A stretch of DNA of 64,000 nucleotides from Alphaproteobacteria bacterium (GCA_965214705.1 OZ243972.1:3136001-3200000); one strand, 5' to 3'; numbered from the stretch's first letter, positions 29,289 through 40,157 are shown. Numbers and translations are program-made. The notes: generated by a model not told the origin, from the sequence alone.

Positions 29289-31448
29289 CCCAGGTTGGCA
29301 CTTTTGTCCTACCCATGTCCTTTATCATGTTGATGTAACGCGATATTTCTCTCGGCCGATTCCAACATGGCACTACATTTTGTTGGATTCTGTCAGTTCG
29401 GCAGGCGGGTCCTCGTGCGGTGGATGGCGGGTTCCACGCCCGCCGCCGAGGAGATTGCGGCTACCTCAGCGGCCGGGCGCGTGTCCTGTCGATTGACGAT
29501 CAACGTGCCGTCGGTCTGGCGCAGGCGCGTGGTGATCCGCACCCAGGTCCGCATGCTCTCGCGGATCGATGCCCAGCACTTGTGGATGCCGCGCGCGGCC
29601 AGCCGGGTACGGATCAGATGCACGGCGTGGTAGGCCAGCACGGCGATCAGCAGGTGGGCCGCGATGCGCCGGTCGAGCTGGTGCCAGATCGGGCGAAGGC
29701 CGAGCTCGGATTTTAGGCTCTTGAATGTCGCCTCGATATCCGTGATCCGCCAGTACGTCCGCAGGACCGTCTCGATATCCCAGTCGACGTGGCTGGTGCG
29801 CAGCACATAGGCGCCGGCGCCCTCATCGGCCTCGTCGTATCGCGGCCTGCGCTTGAAGCGCACGGCGGTGGCATTGGGGCCGGTTTTCGCCTTCTCGACC
29901 GTGATCTCGTAGTGCCTGGCGACGGCGGAGAAGCGCTGCTTGAGGCGGCCTATGCTCTCCAGCACCTTGTCGTAGCGCTTGAGGCGGCGCTTGACCGGGA
30001 GGCCGCTGTGGAGCCTTTCCAGCGCCGCCTCGAAGCGGTTCCGCCTCAGGCCGATGATCGCGTTCTCGGCCTTCTTCTTGCCCTCGCTGACGACGTAGAG
30101 CCGCGCCTCGCCGTCCTCGCTGGCAAGCCGCCAGGCCCGCACCTCGTGGCGCGCGCTGGTGATCAGCAGGGCCTCGGGTCCGCCCTCGGGCGGCGCAGGC
30201 CTGGCACCGCGGCTGACCGCGATCCAGTCGTAGCCCTGCTCGCCCAGCCAGACGATGTTTTCCTCGGTGGCGATGCCCGCATCCATGACCACCGTGGGCT
30301 TCGCCGCCGTGCCGCCGCACACCGCCTCGAGCCGCGCCAGCGCCTCGTGCAGCGTGCCCGGCTCGCTCACGTTGCCCGGCAGGATCTCGCAACTGCGCGG
30401 GAAGCCCGCGCCGTCGAGCGCCAGCGCCAGCGTGATGAGGGGACAGTCGTCGCGCTTCTGCTTGGAGCGCCCGAACCTGGGAAGCTCGCCGTGGGTGTGG
30501 CCGTGGTAGTGGACGTTGGTGAGATCGTAGAAGGCGATCGTCTCGGGCAGGTCGAGCAGCGCGCGCTCACGGTTGAACAGTTCCCTCTGGATGGCGGCCC
30601 GGTGGCGCCAGAGCAGGTCGCCGATGCGGTAGAGCGTCTTGCGCCGCAGCGCCTTGCGGTCGCCCTCCAGGCCCAGGAGCTCGGCGGCCGCGCTGTCGTG
30701 GCGGAGCCAGCGGCTGGTATCACGCTCGCTGGCGGGATGGACCATCCTGGCGACGATCAGCGCGCTCGCGATGCGCCCGTCTCGGCCTTTGATGCCAAGG
30801 CCGTGGAGGATGTCGGCGAAGCCAAGGTCGTCGAGGGCCTTGAGGCACAGGCGCTCGCAGCCGACCGTGCGCGGGTTCTCATGCTCCAGGGTATCGAGGT
30901 CGACGGTGGCGATCTCGGGCTTGCGCGCCTCTTCCTGCATCGCCTCGGCACGGAACCCCCTGGCCCTGAGCTTGGCGACGATGTCCTCGGCTGCGGCCTG
31001 CACGTCCGGGACGGCTTGGAGCAGCGGCGGGCGGCCGTGCAGCAGCGCCTCGGCGAGTTCGGCCACTTCGCGCCATTTCTCCTTCGGCACCGGATAGTCG
31101 GTGCCGAGGTTGAGGAGCGTGCGCTGCCTGACCTTGTCGCCGATGCGCTGGGAGAGCACGAGGCGATGGCTTCGGACGGGCTTGCCGTCGGTGGTGTGGG
31201 TCTTGGTTGCCCTGATGAACATGTCGCCCGTCGCGAGATTGTTGCGAGGGGCCAAGATTTGTCGGCTTGGGGTCTGGGGTCAAGGGAAAATCGTCAATAC
31301 CTAACAACTCCTGGCACTACAACGCGCTTCCAGCGCCTCAATTACACATATAGTGGCATCATCTCGGAGCTACCCCAATATGTGGTACTTCGGTCCGCAA
31401 AATATGGGCAGACCGGCATTGAGCAACCGGAAAAAGTGCCAACTTGGG
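29289..31448 (-). mobile_element. IS1634-family element A
   Basis: IRs CCCAGGTTGGCACTTTT / AAAAGTGCCAACTTGGG; TSD TTAA; 2160 bp. Confidence 0.9.
29393..31222 (-). CDS. IS1634-family transposase
   Basis: FYDLTN, FGRSKQKRDDCP, PGNVSE, VMDAGI, IEATFKSLKSELGLRPIWH. Confidence 0.92.
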   Translation of the reverse strand: MFIRATKTHTTDGKPVRSHRLVLSQRIGDKVRQRTLLNLGTDYPVPKEKWREVAELAEALLHGRPPLLQAVPDVQAAAEDIVAKLRARGFRAEAMQEEARKPEIATVDLDTLEHENPRTVGCERLCLKALDDLGFADILHGLGIKGRDGRIASALIVARMVHPASERDTSRWLRHDSAAAELLGLEGDRKALRRKTLYRIGDLLWRHRAAIQRELFNRERALLDLPETIAFYDLTNVHYHGHTHGELPRFGRSKQKRDDCPLITLALALDGAGFPRSCEILPGNVSEPGTLHEALARLEAVCGGTAAKPTVVMDAGIATEENIVWLGEQGYDWIAVSRGARPAPPEGGPEALLITSARHEVRAWRLASEDGEARLYVVSEGKKKAENAIIGLRRNRFEAALERLHSGLPVKRRLKRYDKVLESIGRLKQRFSAVARHYEITVEKAKTGPNATAVRFKRRPRYDEADEGAGAYVLRTSHVDWDIETVLRTYWRITDIEATFKSLKSELGLRPIWHQLDRRIAAHLLIAVLAYHAVHLIRTRLAARGIHKCWASIRESMRTWVRITTRLRQTDGTLIVNRQDTRPAAEVAAISSAAGVEPAIHRTRTRLPN

Positions 31449-31489
31449 TTAAGGTACGCGCAACGAAATTCGAGGCGGGGTGCGGGCCG

Positions 31490-33175
31490 ATGACGAAGCG
31501 GTCGGGTGCAGAGGTTCTTGCGGAGATGCTGCAGGGCTACGGCGTCACGCATGTCTTCATGGTGCCCTCCATCCTGCGGCGTGCGCTGGTCGAAATGGAG
31601 CGGCGGACCACGATCCGGCGCATCCAGGTCCACGCCGAGAAGTCGGCCGCCTACATGGCAGACGGCTACGCGCGGGCCTGCGGCCGGCCCGGCATCTGCA
31701 TGGCGCAGGTGGTGGGCGCGCTCAACCTCGCCGCCGGCCTGCGCGACGCTCATCTCGCCAACGCGCCGGTGATCGCGATGACCGGCGGGCGCGACCCGCG
31801 CACCAAGTTCCGCAAGGCGTACCAGGACCTGGACGACCTGCCGGCCTTCGAGCCGGTAACCAAGTTCAATGCGACCGTGGACGAGGTGACGTGCATTCCC
31901 GACCTGCTGCGCCAGGCCTTCCGGGTCGCCGTCTCCGGCAAGCCCGGCCCGGTGCACCTGCAGTTCCGGGGCAACGAGGGGCAGATCGACTACGAGGAAG
32001 CGGAGATGGAGCCGCTCGCGGAAGAGCTGTTCGCGCGCGTGCCACCCTTCCGGCCTGCGCCGACGCCCGAGCACGTCCGCGCCGCGCTCGACGCGATCGA
32101 GGCGGCCGAACGGCCGGTGTTCGTCGCCGGCGGCGGGGTTCGCGCATCGGGCGCCGCGGCGGAGCTGGTGGCGCTCGCCGAGCGCCTCGCGGTCCCGGTC
32201 GCGACCTCGCTCCACGGCAAGGACACCATTACAGGCGACCACCCTCTATCGGTGGGCGTGGTCGGGACCTACTCGCGCGAGACCGCCAACCGGGTCGTGG
32301 GCGAGGCCGACCTCGTCTGCTTCGTCGGCAGCGAGACCGGCGGCATGACCACGCACTTCTGGCAGGTGCCGCCCATCGGCACACCGGCGGTGCAGATCGA
32401 CATCGAGCCCCAGTCCCTCGGCCGCAACTACCCGCTTAAGGCGGCGGTCTGCGCCGATGCCAAGATGGCGTTGGCCTGGATGCTCGACCGCGCCGATCCC
32501 GGATCGGCCGAACGTCGGACGGCGTGGACCGCCCGCGCCCGCCAGATCGTGGCGGAGTGGCACGATCGCTACCGGCCCCTCCTGGAGTCCGACGCCGTGC
32601 CCATCCGGCCGGAGCGCATCTGCCACGAGCTCTCCCGGCACCTCCCCGACGACGCCATCGTCATGGCCGACACGGGTCACTCGGGCATGTGGATGGGCGG
32701 GATGTACGACCTGCGCGCGCCCGCGCAGAGCTATATCCGCAGCGCCGGCCATCTCGGCTGGGCATTTCCGGCCGGCCTGGGCGCGAAATGCGCTGCGCCG
32801 GAGCGCCCGGTCTTCGTCTTCACCGGCGACGCGGGCTTCTGGTACCACCTCAGCGAGATCGAGACCGCCGTGCGCTGCGGCATCAACACGGTCACGCTGG
32901 TGAACAACAACAGCTCGGGCAATCAGGGATCGCCCGGCTTCGATCGGGCCTATGGCGGGAAGCAATCGGAGCAGGGGCGCGAGCTCTGGACCTACAACAA
33001 CGTCAACTTCGCCGCCGTTGCAGAAGCCATGGGGGCGCTGGGCCTGCGCGTCGAGAACCCCGCCGACATCCCCGGTGCCCTCGAGACGGCCTTCGCCGCC
33101 AAGCGGCCCGTGGTGATCGATGTGGTGAGCGACATCGAGGCCCAGGCGCCGCTCGCAGTAATCGGCGGATCCTGA
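31490..33175 (+). CDS. Thiamine pyrophosphate-binding enzyme (acetolactate synthase-like)
   Basis: HAEKSAAYMADGYAR, GPVHL, GDAGF...NN ThDP motif; ATG at 31490. Confidence 0.9.
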   Translation: MTKRSGAEVLAEMLQGYGVTHVFMVPSILRRALVEMERRTTIRRIQVHAEKSAAYMADGYARACGRPGICMAQVVGALNLAAGLRDAHLANAPVIAMTGGRDPRTKFRKAYQDLDDLPAFEPVTKFNATVDEVTCIPDLLRQAFRVAVSGKPGPVHLQFRGNEGQIDYEEAEMEPLAEELFARVPPFRPAPTPEHVRAALDAIEAAERPVFVAGGGVRASGAAAELVALAERLAVPVATSLHGKDTITGDHPLSVGVVGTYSRETANRVVGEADLVCFVGSETGGMTTHFWQVPPIGTPAVQIDIEPQSLGRNYPLKAAVCADAKMALAWMLDRADPGSAERRTAWTARARQIVAEWHDRYRPLLESDAVPIRPERICHELSRHLPDDAIVMADTGHSGMWMGGMYDLRAPAQSYIRSAGHLGWAFPAGLGAKCAAPERPVFVFTGDAGFWYHLSEIETAVRCGINTVTLVNNNSSGNQGSPGFDRAYGGKQSEQGRELWTYNNVNFAAVAEAMGALGLRVENPADIPGALETAFAAKRPVVIDVVSDIEAQAPLAVIGGS

Positions 33176-33289
33176 CGACCGATCCGGTCTGGATGTCTCA
33201 GCGCGGTCACGACTCGGCGCGGCTGATCGCCTCGATCTCGGCGTCGGAAAGGTCTTCCACGGCAAGCGCTTGACGGTCCCGCCGCTTGA

Positions 33290-35449
33290 CCCAAGTTGGC
33301 ACTTTTTCCGACCAGCCGAGCCTGTTCGAGCCAGTTTTGCGGCGCTGAACCACTAGATGTTGGGGTTGGAGGACACCTGAGACCCACATTTGCCATTCGT
33401 GGTCCTGGAAGCCAATTGTGGGGCCAGGACTTTGGAGTTGAGTCGATATCCCTCTTGCCAGATGCCGCGAACGCCGTGTATGCGAAACAGGCATCGCAGA
33501 AACGGCGCCGCCATGTACATCAAGGCAACCAGGACACACACCGACAAGGCCGGCCAGCCGGTCCGAAGCCATCGCCTCGTGCTCGCCCAGCGCGTCGGCG
33601 ACAAGGTGCGCCACAGGACGCTGCTCAATCTCGGCACCGACTATCCGGTGCCGCGCGAGAAGTGGAAGGCCGTCACCGAACTCGCCGAGGCGCTGCTTCA
33701 CGGCAAGCCGCCGCTGTTCGAGGGCGAGGCGGATGTGCGGGCCGCAGCCGAGGACATCGTCGCCAAGCTCAGGGCCAGGGGGTTCCGCGTCGAGGCGATG
33801 CAGGAAGAGGCGCGCAAGCCCGACATCGCCACCGTCGACCTCGATACCCTGGAGCACGAGAACCCGCGCACGGTCGGCTGCGAGCGCCTGTGCCTCAAGG
33901 CCCTCGACGCCCTCGGCTTCGCCGAAATCCTCCACGGCCTCGACATCAAGGGCCGCGACGGGCGCATCGCCAGCGCGCTGATCGTCGCCAGGATGGTCCA
34001 TCCCGCCAGCGAGCGTGATACCAGCCGCTGGCTCCGCCACGACAGCGCGGCCGCCGAGCTCCTGGGCCTGGAGGGCGACCGCAAGGCGCTGCGGCGCAAG
34101 ACGCTCTACCGCATCGGCGACCTGCTCTGGCGCCACCGCGCCGCCATCCAGCGGGAGCTGTTCAACCGTGAGCGCGCACTGCTCGACCTGCCCGAGACGA
34201 TCGCCTTCTACGATCTCACCAACGTCCACTACCACGGCCACACGGGCGGCGAGCTTCCCAGGTTCGGGCGCTCCAAGCAGAAGCGCGACGACTGTCCCCT
34301 CATCACGCTGGCGCTGGCGCTCGACGGCGCGGGCTTCCCGCGCAGTTGCGAGATCCTGCCGGGCAACGTGAGCGAGCCGGGCACGCTGCACGAGGCGCTG
34401 GCGCGGCTCGAGGCGGTGTGCGGCGGCACGGCGGCGAAGCCCACGGTGGTCATGGACGCGGGCATCGCCACCGAGAAAAACATCGCGTGGCTGGGCGAGC
34501 AGGGCTACGACTGGATCGCGGTCAGCCGCGGTGCCAGGCCTGCGCCGCCCGAGGGCGGACCCGAGGCCCTGCTGATCACCAGCGCGCGCCACGAGGTGCG
34601 GGCCTGGCGGCTTGCCAGCGAGGACGGCGAGGCGCGGCTCTACGTCGTCAGCGAGGGCAAGAAGAAGGCCGAGAACGCGATCATCGGCCTGAGGCGGAAC
34701 CGCTTCGAGGCGGCGCTGGAAAGGCTCCACGGCGGCCTCCCGGTCAAGGGCCGCCTCAAGCGCTACGACAAGGTGCTGGAGAGCATAGGCCGCCTCAAGC
34801 AGCGCTTCTCCGCCGTCGCCAGGCACTACGAGATCACGGTCGAGAGGGCGAAAACCGGCCCCAATGCCACCGCCGTGCGCTTCAAGCGCAGGCCGCGATA
34901 CGACGAGGCCGATGAGGGCGCCGGTGCCTATGTGCTGCGCACCAGCCACGTCGACTGGGACATCGAGACGGTCCTGCGGACGTACTGGCGGATCACGGAT
35001 ATCGAGGCGACATTCCGGAGCCTGAAATCCGAGCTCGGCCTTCGCCCGATCTGGCACCAGCTCGACCGGCGCATCGCGGCCCACCTGCTGATCGCCGTGC
35101 TGGCCTACCACGCCGTGCATCTGATCCGTACCCGGCTGGCCGCGCGCGGCATCCACAAGTGCTGGGCGTCGATCCGCGAGAGCATGCGGACCTGGGTGCG
35201 GATCACCACGCGCCTGCGCCAGACCGACGGCACCTTGATCGTCAACCGCCAGGACACGCGCCCGGCCGCCGAGGTTGCCGCAATCTCCTCGGCGGCGGGC
35301 GTGGACCCCGCCATCCACCGCACGAGGACCCGTCTGATGAGCTGACAGAATCTCACAAAATGTGGGGCCATGTTGGAATCGACCGAGAAAAATATCGCGT
35401 TGAATCAAACCAATAGGGAACACAGGCAGCGGAAAAGTGCCAACTTGGG
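33290..35449 (+). mobile_element. IS1634-family element B
   Basis: IRs CCCAAGTTGGCACTTTT / AAAAGTGCCAACTTGGG; TSD TTGA; 2160 bp. Confidence 0.9.
33513..35345 (+). CDS. IS1634-family transposase
   Basis: Close paralog of 29393-31222. Confidence 0.92.
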   Translation: MYIKATRTHTDKAGQPVRSHRLVLAQRVGDKVRHRTLLNLGTDYPVPREKWKAVTELAEALLHGKPPLFEGEADVRAAAEDIVAKLRARGFRVEAMQEEARKPDIATVDLDTLEHENPRTVGCERLCLKALDALGFAEILHGLDIKGRDGRIASALIVARMVHPASERDTSRWLRHDSAAAELLGLEGDRKALRRKTLYRIGDLLWRHRAAIQRELFNRERALLDLPETIAFYDLTNVHYHGHTGGELPRFGRSKQKRDDCPLITLALALDGAGFPRSCEILPGNVSEPGTLHEALARLEAVCGGTAAKPTVVMDAGIATEKNIAWLGEQGYDWIAVSRGARPAPPEGGPEALLITSARHEVRAWRLASEDGEARLYVVSEGKKKAENAIIGLRRNRFEAALERLHGGLPVKGRLKRYDKVLESIGRLKQRFSAVARHYEITVERAKTGPNATAVRFKRRPRYDEADEGAGAYVLRTSHVDWDIETVLRTYWRITDIEATFRSLKSELGLRPIWHQLDRRIAAHLLIAVLAYHAVHLIRTRLAARGIHKCWASIRESMRTWVRITTRLRQTDGTLIVNRQDTRPAAEVAAISSAAGVDPAIHRTRTRLMS

Positions 35450-35631
35450 TTGAGGCGCTCATACTCGTCGACCGAGAGAATCACGAGCCGGTCCCTACCG
35501 TTCCGGGTGATCGCCAACGGTGCCTTCAGCGCCTCGTCCTGACAGCGCCCGAAGTTGCGCTGGAACTCGCGTGACGTGACTCGCTGCATGCCCTTCACCC
35601 CAATCTGCATGATCTGCATAAAAAGGTTAAG

Positions 35632-37723
35632 CCGAACTTCCGTTAGCATCTGATTGCCGATCTGGCCGGATTTTGCCTGTTTCCGCCCTTTCTGCGCAGT
35701 TTAGCGCCCGGTTTGGCGCGAAATTCCCGAAATGATCGCCGAAACCGCCGCGATTCGGCGCTCCAGCGCTGGATCACGCCGTCCCGGCGCATCCACCAAA
35801 ACCTGAATACTAGTCAGTAGATAGTTTTCTCGTTACGATAATTGCTCCGCATTCCCAAGCCTTTCCGATATGATTGCCGCGATTCGCTAGGCAGATCGAT
35901 ATGCACATCGAAACCACCCGGTCCGGAAACTCCCGCTGCCACCTCCTCAGACAGTCCTACTGGCAGGACGGAAAACCCAAGAAGCGCACCCTGTGCAACC
36001 TCTCCGCCCTCCCGGAACACGCCATCGAAGCCCTCAAACGCGCCCTCAAGCGCGGACCCGCCCTCAATCCCGACAGCGCCGACGTCGAACTGCGCGCCAG
36101 CCGGGCGCACGGCGCCGTCAGCGCCGTTCTCGGCACCCTTCGCGACATCGGCCTCGACCGCGTCATCTTCCACCGGCCCGATCGCCGCAGGGCCCTCGTC
36201 ATCGCCATGATCGTCGCCCGCCTGATCCGGCCCGGCGCCAAGCTGCGCGTCGAGCGCGAACTGGGAGCGGCCGGCACAACCACCCTCGCCGCCCTGCTCG
36301 GCGTCGAAGGCGTCAGCGTCGACGAACTCTACGCCGCCATGGACTGGCTGGGCGCGCGACAGGGCGCGATCGAGCGCAAGCTCGCCCGGCGCCATCTCGG
36401 AGAGGACGATCTCGTCCTCTACGACGTGTCCTCGAGCTACATGGAGGGCAACGCCTGCCCCATGGCGAAGCGCGGCTATTCGAGGGATCGCCGGGGCGAC
36501 CGCCCGCAGATCGTCTACGGCCTCCTCTGCACCCGCGATGGCTGTCCGGTCTCGATCGAGGCCTTCGCCGGCAACACCGGCGACCCGATGACTCTGGCCA
36601 GCCAGGTGCGCAAGGTCCGCGACAGCTTCGGCATCCGGCGGGTGGTGTTGGTGGGGGACCGCGGCATGATCGCGCAGACCCGCATCGACCGCGACCTCGC
36701 GCCCAACGGCATCGACTGGATCACGGCGCTGCGCGCATCCTCGATCCGCAAGCTCGTCGACCGGGGGCATGTCACGCCCGGCCTGTTCGACACCTGGGGC
36801 CTCGCGCGGGTGACCACGCCGGACTATCCCGGCGAGAGGCTGATCGTCTGCTACAACCCGGTTCTGGCGGCCGAGCGCAAGCGCAACCGCGACGGGCTGC
36901 TCAATGCGACCGAGACGGACGCGCGCGATTTCGCCGCGCGCCACGCCGCCGGCGACATCGACCGCGACGAGTTGAACCGTCGGCTGGGAACCTTGCGCCG
37001 CCGCAAGATGGCCAAGCACTTCCGCTTCGAATTCGACGAGGGCAGCGGCACCTTCAGTTGCGAACGCGACCGGGCGTCGATCGACGCCGAGGCCGCCCTC
37101 GACGGTCTCTACGTCATACGCACCAACGTGGACGAGGACGAGATCGAGGACGTCGAGGCGGTCCGCGTCTACAAGAGCCTGTCACGCGTCGAGCGCGCCT
37201 TCCGCTCGCTCAAGACGGTGTCGTTGCGGATCCGCCCGATCTTCCACTGGCGCGACGACCGAGTACGGGCGCATCTTCTGATCTGCATGCTGGCTTGGTA
37301 TGTCGAGTGGCACATGCGCCGCAGGCTGGCGCCGCTGCTGTTCGCCGAGGAGGACGGAGCGCCGCTGTCCGCGAACCCGGTGGCGCCGCCGGAACGCTCG
37401 GAAAAGGCCCGGCGCAAGGACAAGCGCCGAAAGACGGATGATGGACTTGCGGTGTGCGACTTCCGCGATCTCCTCGGCCATCTCGGCACGCTTGCTGCCA
37501 CTGAGATCGCCACCGGAACCGACTTCGCCGTGCCCGCCCTGACCAAGCCGACCGAACTGCAGGAAAGGGCGTTCGCATTGCTCGGGCTGCGGCCCCATCC
37601 TGCGCCCGCGCTCACCGAAAAGGGGATGACCACCGCCAAACCTGTCCAGTAATCGTCGCTTCGAAACTCGCCGAAACCCCTGCCGCACAACGGTTCTTTG
37701 ACTATCCCACACTGGAAGTTCGG
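35632..37723 (+). mobile_element. IS1634-family element C (distinct subgroup)
   Basis: IRs CCGAACTTCC / GGAAGTTCGG; 6-bp TSD GTTAAG (35626-35631, 37724-37729). Confidence 0.9.
35901..37652 (+). CDS. IS1634-family transposase
   Basis: LYDVSSSY, GYSRD, GNTGD, VGDRGM, YKSLSRVERAFRSLK, IRPIFH. Confidence 0.92.
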   Translation: MHIETTRSGNSRCHLLRQSYWQDGKPKKRTLCNLSALPEHAIEALKRALKRGPALNPDSADVELRASRAHGAVSAVLGTLRDIGLDRVIFHRPDRRRALVIAMIVARLIRPGAKLRVERELGAAGTTTLAALLGVEGVSVDELYAAMDWLGARQGAIERKLARRHLGEDDLVLYDVSSSYMEGNACPMAKRGYSRDRRGDRPQIVYGLLCTRDGCPVSIEAFAGNTGDPMTLASQVRKVRDSFGIRRVVLVGDRGMIAQTRIDRDLAPNGIDWITALRASSIRKLVDRGHVTPGLFDTWGLARVTTPDYPGERLIVCYNPVLAAERKRNRDGLLNATETDARDFAARHAAGDIDRDELNRRLGTLRRRKMAKHFRFEFDEGSGTFSCERDRASIDAEAALDGLYVIRTNVDEDEIEDVEAVRVYKSLSRVERAFRSLKTVSLRIRPIFHWRDDRVRAHLLICMLAWYVEWHMRRRLAPLLFAEEDGAPLSANPVAPPERSEKARRKDKRRKTDDGLAVCDFRDLLGHLGTLAATEIATGTDFAVPALTKPTELQERAFALLGLRPHPAPALTEKGMTTAKPVQ

Positions 37724-38030
37724 GTTAAGGGTTGGGCAGGCTCTCTCTCGAGAGCCTGCCCAACCCTTTTGAACGAAGCCGCGGGCCACGAGAGGCGAAG
37801 TTGAGCTATGTGGAAAGTGCGCTGATGTCAGCGTCAGGCGGCATCCACCGGCAGCAGAGTTGCGCATAAAATCGACGCTCGCGCCGGTCTTTCGGCAGGC
37901 ATGCGGGCGCACGCTGCGAGGACTGAGCGGGGTGTGAGCCGAGGGCTGTCAGCCCGGCTCAAGCGGAGACAGGTTCGGTCGTGCGTCGGCGCTTTGGCGC
38001 CGTTGCGCGGGGCCGAAGCGAGCGGGCGTC

Positions 38031-39272
38031 TCACGGTTTCCCCCTGTGGGTCGGCGGCAGCGCCGGCGGGCCGCGCGTCGAGCGGGGCTCATGGCGGCGG
38101 CGGATTTCGCGGACGAGGCGCATGACGCCGCCGCAGTGGGGGCAGGCCACGGGCGCGGTGCCGATCTCGGGCTCTTCGTCGGGCTCGGCCCGAGCGCCGT
38201 CCACGCTTCCCTCGGGGGCGGCGCAGCCGAGGGCGCCGAGAGCCTGGCGTGCTCTCTCCAGCGTGCTGGCGCGGCAGCCGTTGGCGAGGATGCCGAAGTA
38301 GCGAATGCGGTGCATGCCGTCCGGCAGGACGTGCCTCAGGAAGCGGCGGATGAACTCGTCGGCGCTCACGGTGGCGATGCCGTAGCGCGGCTTTCTCTGC
38401 CCCGGCGCCTTGGGCTTTCGGTGGCGGAAGGAGACCGTCTCGCCGTCGAAGGAGACGATGCGGCTGTCGGAGATGGCGATCCTGTGCGTGTAGTGCGAGA
38501 GGTACCGGAAGACCTGCTCAGGCCCGCGGAAGGGCCGCTTGGCGTAGACCACCCAGTCCCTGGCCCGGGCGGCGGCAAGCGTGGCGTGGAACTCGCCGGG
38601 ATTGGCGAGGTGGGCGACGGTGCCGTGGAACTCCAGGTCCCCCCGGCCGTGGGCGCGGGCGAGCTCCTCGAGGAAGAGGCGGCGGAACAGGCTGCCGAGG
38701 ACCTTGACGGGGGCGAGGAAGGTGGTGCTCCCCGTCTTCCACTCGCCACTGTCTACGTCGAAGCCCGCGTTGGGCACGACCACGTGCAGGTGCGGGTGGA
38801 AGCGGAGCTTCTGATCCCAGGTATGGAGGACCGCGGTGCCGCCGATGCGCATGCCGCCGTGGCGGGGATCGGCGGCGATGGTGCGCAGGGTCTCGGCGAC
38901 GGCCCGGAAGAGGATGTCGAACACCACCCTGCGGTTGCAGAAGGCAATGGCGGCAACCTCCTTGGGCAGGGTGAAGACCACATGGAAGTAGGGCACCGGC
39001 AGGATGTCCCCGGCGCGCTCCTCGCTCCAGAGGTTGGCGGCGAGACCCTGGCAGGTGGGGCAGTGGCGGTTGCGGCAGGAGTTGAAGAGCGGATGCTCGC
39101 GCCCGCAGCCCTCGCAGGCGTACATGTGGCCGCCGAGCACGGCGGTGCGGCACGCCTCGATGGCGCCCATGACCTTGAGCCGGGCGGCGTCGATGCGCCC
39201 TTTGTGGCGCTCACGGAAAGCGGCGCCGGCGCGGCGGAAGATCTCCGCCACGCCCGCGCGTTCGGCCTCCAC
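38031..39272 (-). CDS. IS91-family transposase
   Basis: Same translation as copies 2 and 3. Confidence 0.93.
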   Translation of the reverse strand: MEAERAGVAEIFRRAGAAFRERHKGRIDAARLKVMGAIEACRTAVLGGHMYACEGCGREHPLFNSCRNRHCPTCQGLAANLWSEERAGDILPVPYFHVVFTLPKEVAAIAFCNRRVVFDILFRAVAETLRTIAADPRHGGMRIGGTAVLHTWDQKLRFHPHLHVVVPNAGFDVDSGEWKTGSTTFLAPVKVLGSLFRRLFLEELARAHGRGDLEFHGTVAHLANPGEFHATLAAARARDWVVYAKRPFRGPEQVFRYLSHYTHRIAISDSRIVSFDGETVSFRHRKPKAPGQRKPRYGIATVSADEFIRRFLRHVLPDGMHRIRYFGILANGCRASTLERARQALGALGCAAPEGSVDGARAEPDEEPEIGTAPVACPHCGGVMRLVREIRRRHEPRSTRGPPALPPTHRGKP

Positions 39273-39278
39273 GCGCCG

Positions 39279-40157
39279 TCAGTTGCGCAACGCTGCGAAG
39301 CCTGAGATCGGGTGGTCGAGGCCCTCGAACATCTTGCCGGTGACGCGGGCGTAGTGACGGGTCGTGTTCGCGCTTCGATGGCCGAGCATGTCCCGGATCA
39401 CCTCGATATCGCCGCCGCGCTCGAGGAGATGGGTCGCCGCCGAATGGCGCAGGCAATGGAAGGTGTAGCTGCGGTCGAGCTCGGCAATGTCGCGCGCCCT
39501 CCTGAAGGCGGCCTGCAAGGTCTCCGTTGCGATGGGCCTGTCGAGCGAGACGCCGTAGAAGAGCCAGTTCGTCGGACGCGGCCAGATGTTCCTGTAGTAG
39601 ACGCGCAAGTAGTGGATGACGATGTCCGGCAACGGTGCCATTCTCTCGGTGCCGCCTTTGCCGGAGGGGATGTGCAGCAGCTTCTTCTCCGACAGGATGT
39701 CGCCGACCTTGATGGCCAAGGTCTCGGAGATGCGGAGCCCGCCGCCATAGCCGGTGACAATGGCAGCACGGTGGCGGAGGTCGGGTGTCGCAAGGATGAG
39801 GTGCTCGACCTCCTGCTCCGACATGTAGCGCGGCAGCTTGCCGGGCTTCTTGCGGGAGCGCAGGCCGGCGACATGGTCAGGCCAGCCGAGTGTGTCGATG
39901 TAGAGGAAGTTCAGCGCGGCGAAGGAGACGTTGGTCGTGCCCGGACTGAGCCCCTTGTCGATCCGCCCCAGGTACCACTGGCGCACCTGCTCGGCGTCGA
40001 GCTCGTCCGGCGAGGCGTCGTAGTACCTGGCCAGGTTCTTGATCTCGCAGATGTAGGCCTTGGACGTGCTCGCGGCCAGATTGGCGATGCGGAGCTGCTC
40101 CTCCATGCGCTGGCGAAGAGGGGTGACGGTGTTCGTGTCGCACGCGGTCCCGGTCAT
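39279..40157 (-). CDS. Tyrosine recombinase of the IS91-like element
   Basis: As copy 3. Confidence 0.92.
   Translation of the reverse strand: MTGTACDTNTVTPLRQRMEEQLRIANLAASTSKAYICEIKNLARYYDASPDELDAEQVRQWYLGRIDKGLSPGTTNVSFAALNFLYIDTLGWPDHVAGLRSRKKPGKLPRYMSEQEVEHLILATPDLRHRAAIVTGYGGGLRISETLAIKVGDILSEKKLLHIPSGKGGTERMAPLPDIVIHYLRVYYRNIWPRPTNWLFYGVSLDRPIATETLQAAFRRARDIAELDRSYTFHCLRHSAATHLLERGGDIEVIRDMLGHRSANTTRHYARVTGKMFEGLDHPISGFAALRN

Larger units (their letters stand above)
33207..35589 (-). pseudogene. Phd/YefM-family antitoxin interrupted by IS1634 B
   Basis: MQRVTSREFQRNFGRCQDEALKAPLAITRNGRDRLVILSVDEYERL|KRRDRQALAVEDLSDAEIEAISRAES*; rejoins in frame across the TSD. Confidence 0.85.

Noticed and set aside
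29789-33175. 1128-aa ORF as a fusion protein
   Set aside because: The N-terminal half is the antisense of the IS1634 transposase; the real gene starts at 31490.
29289-35449. Already-transposed composite transposon carrying the ThDP gene
   Set aside because: Each IS has its own TSD pair (TTAA and TTGA), so they inserted independently.
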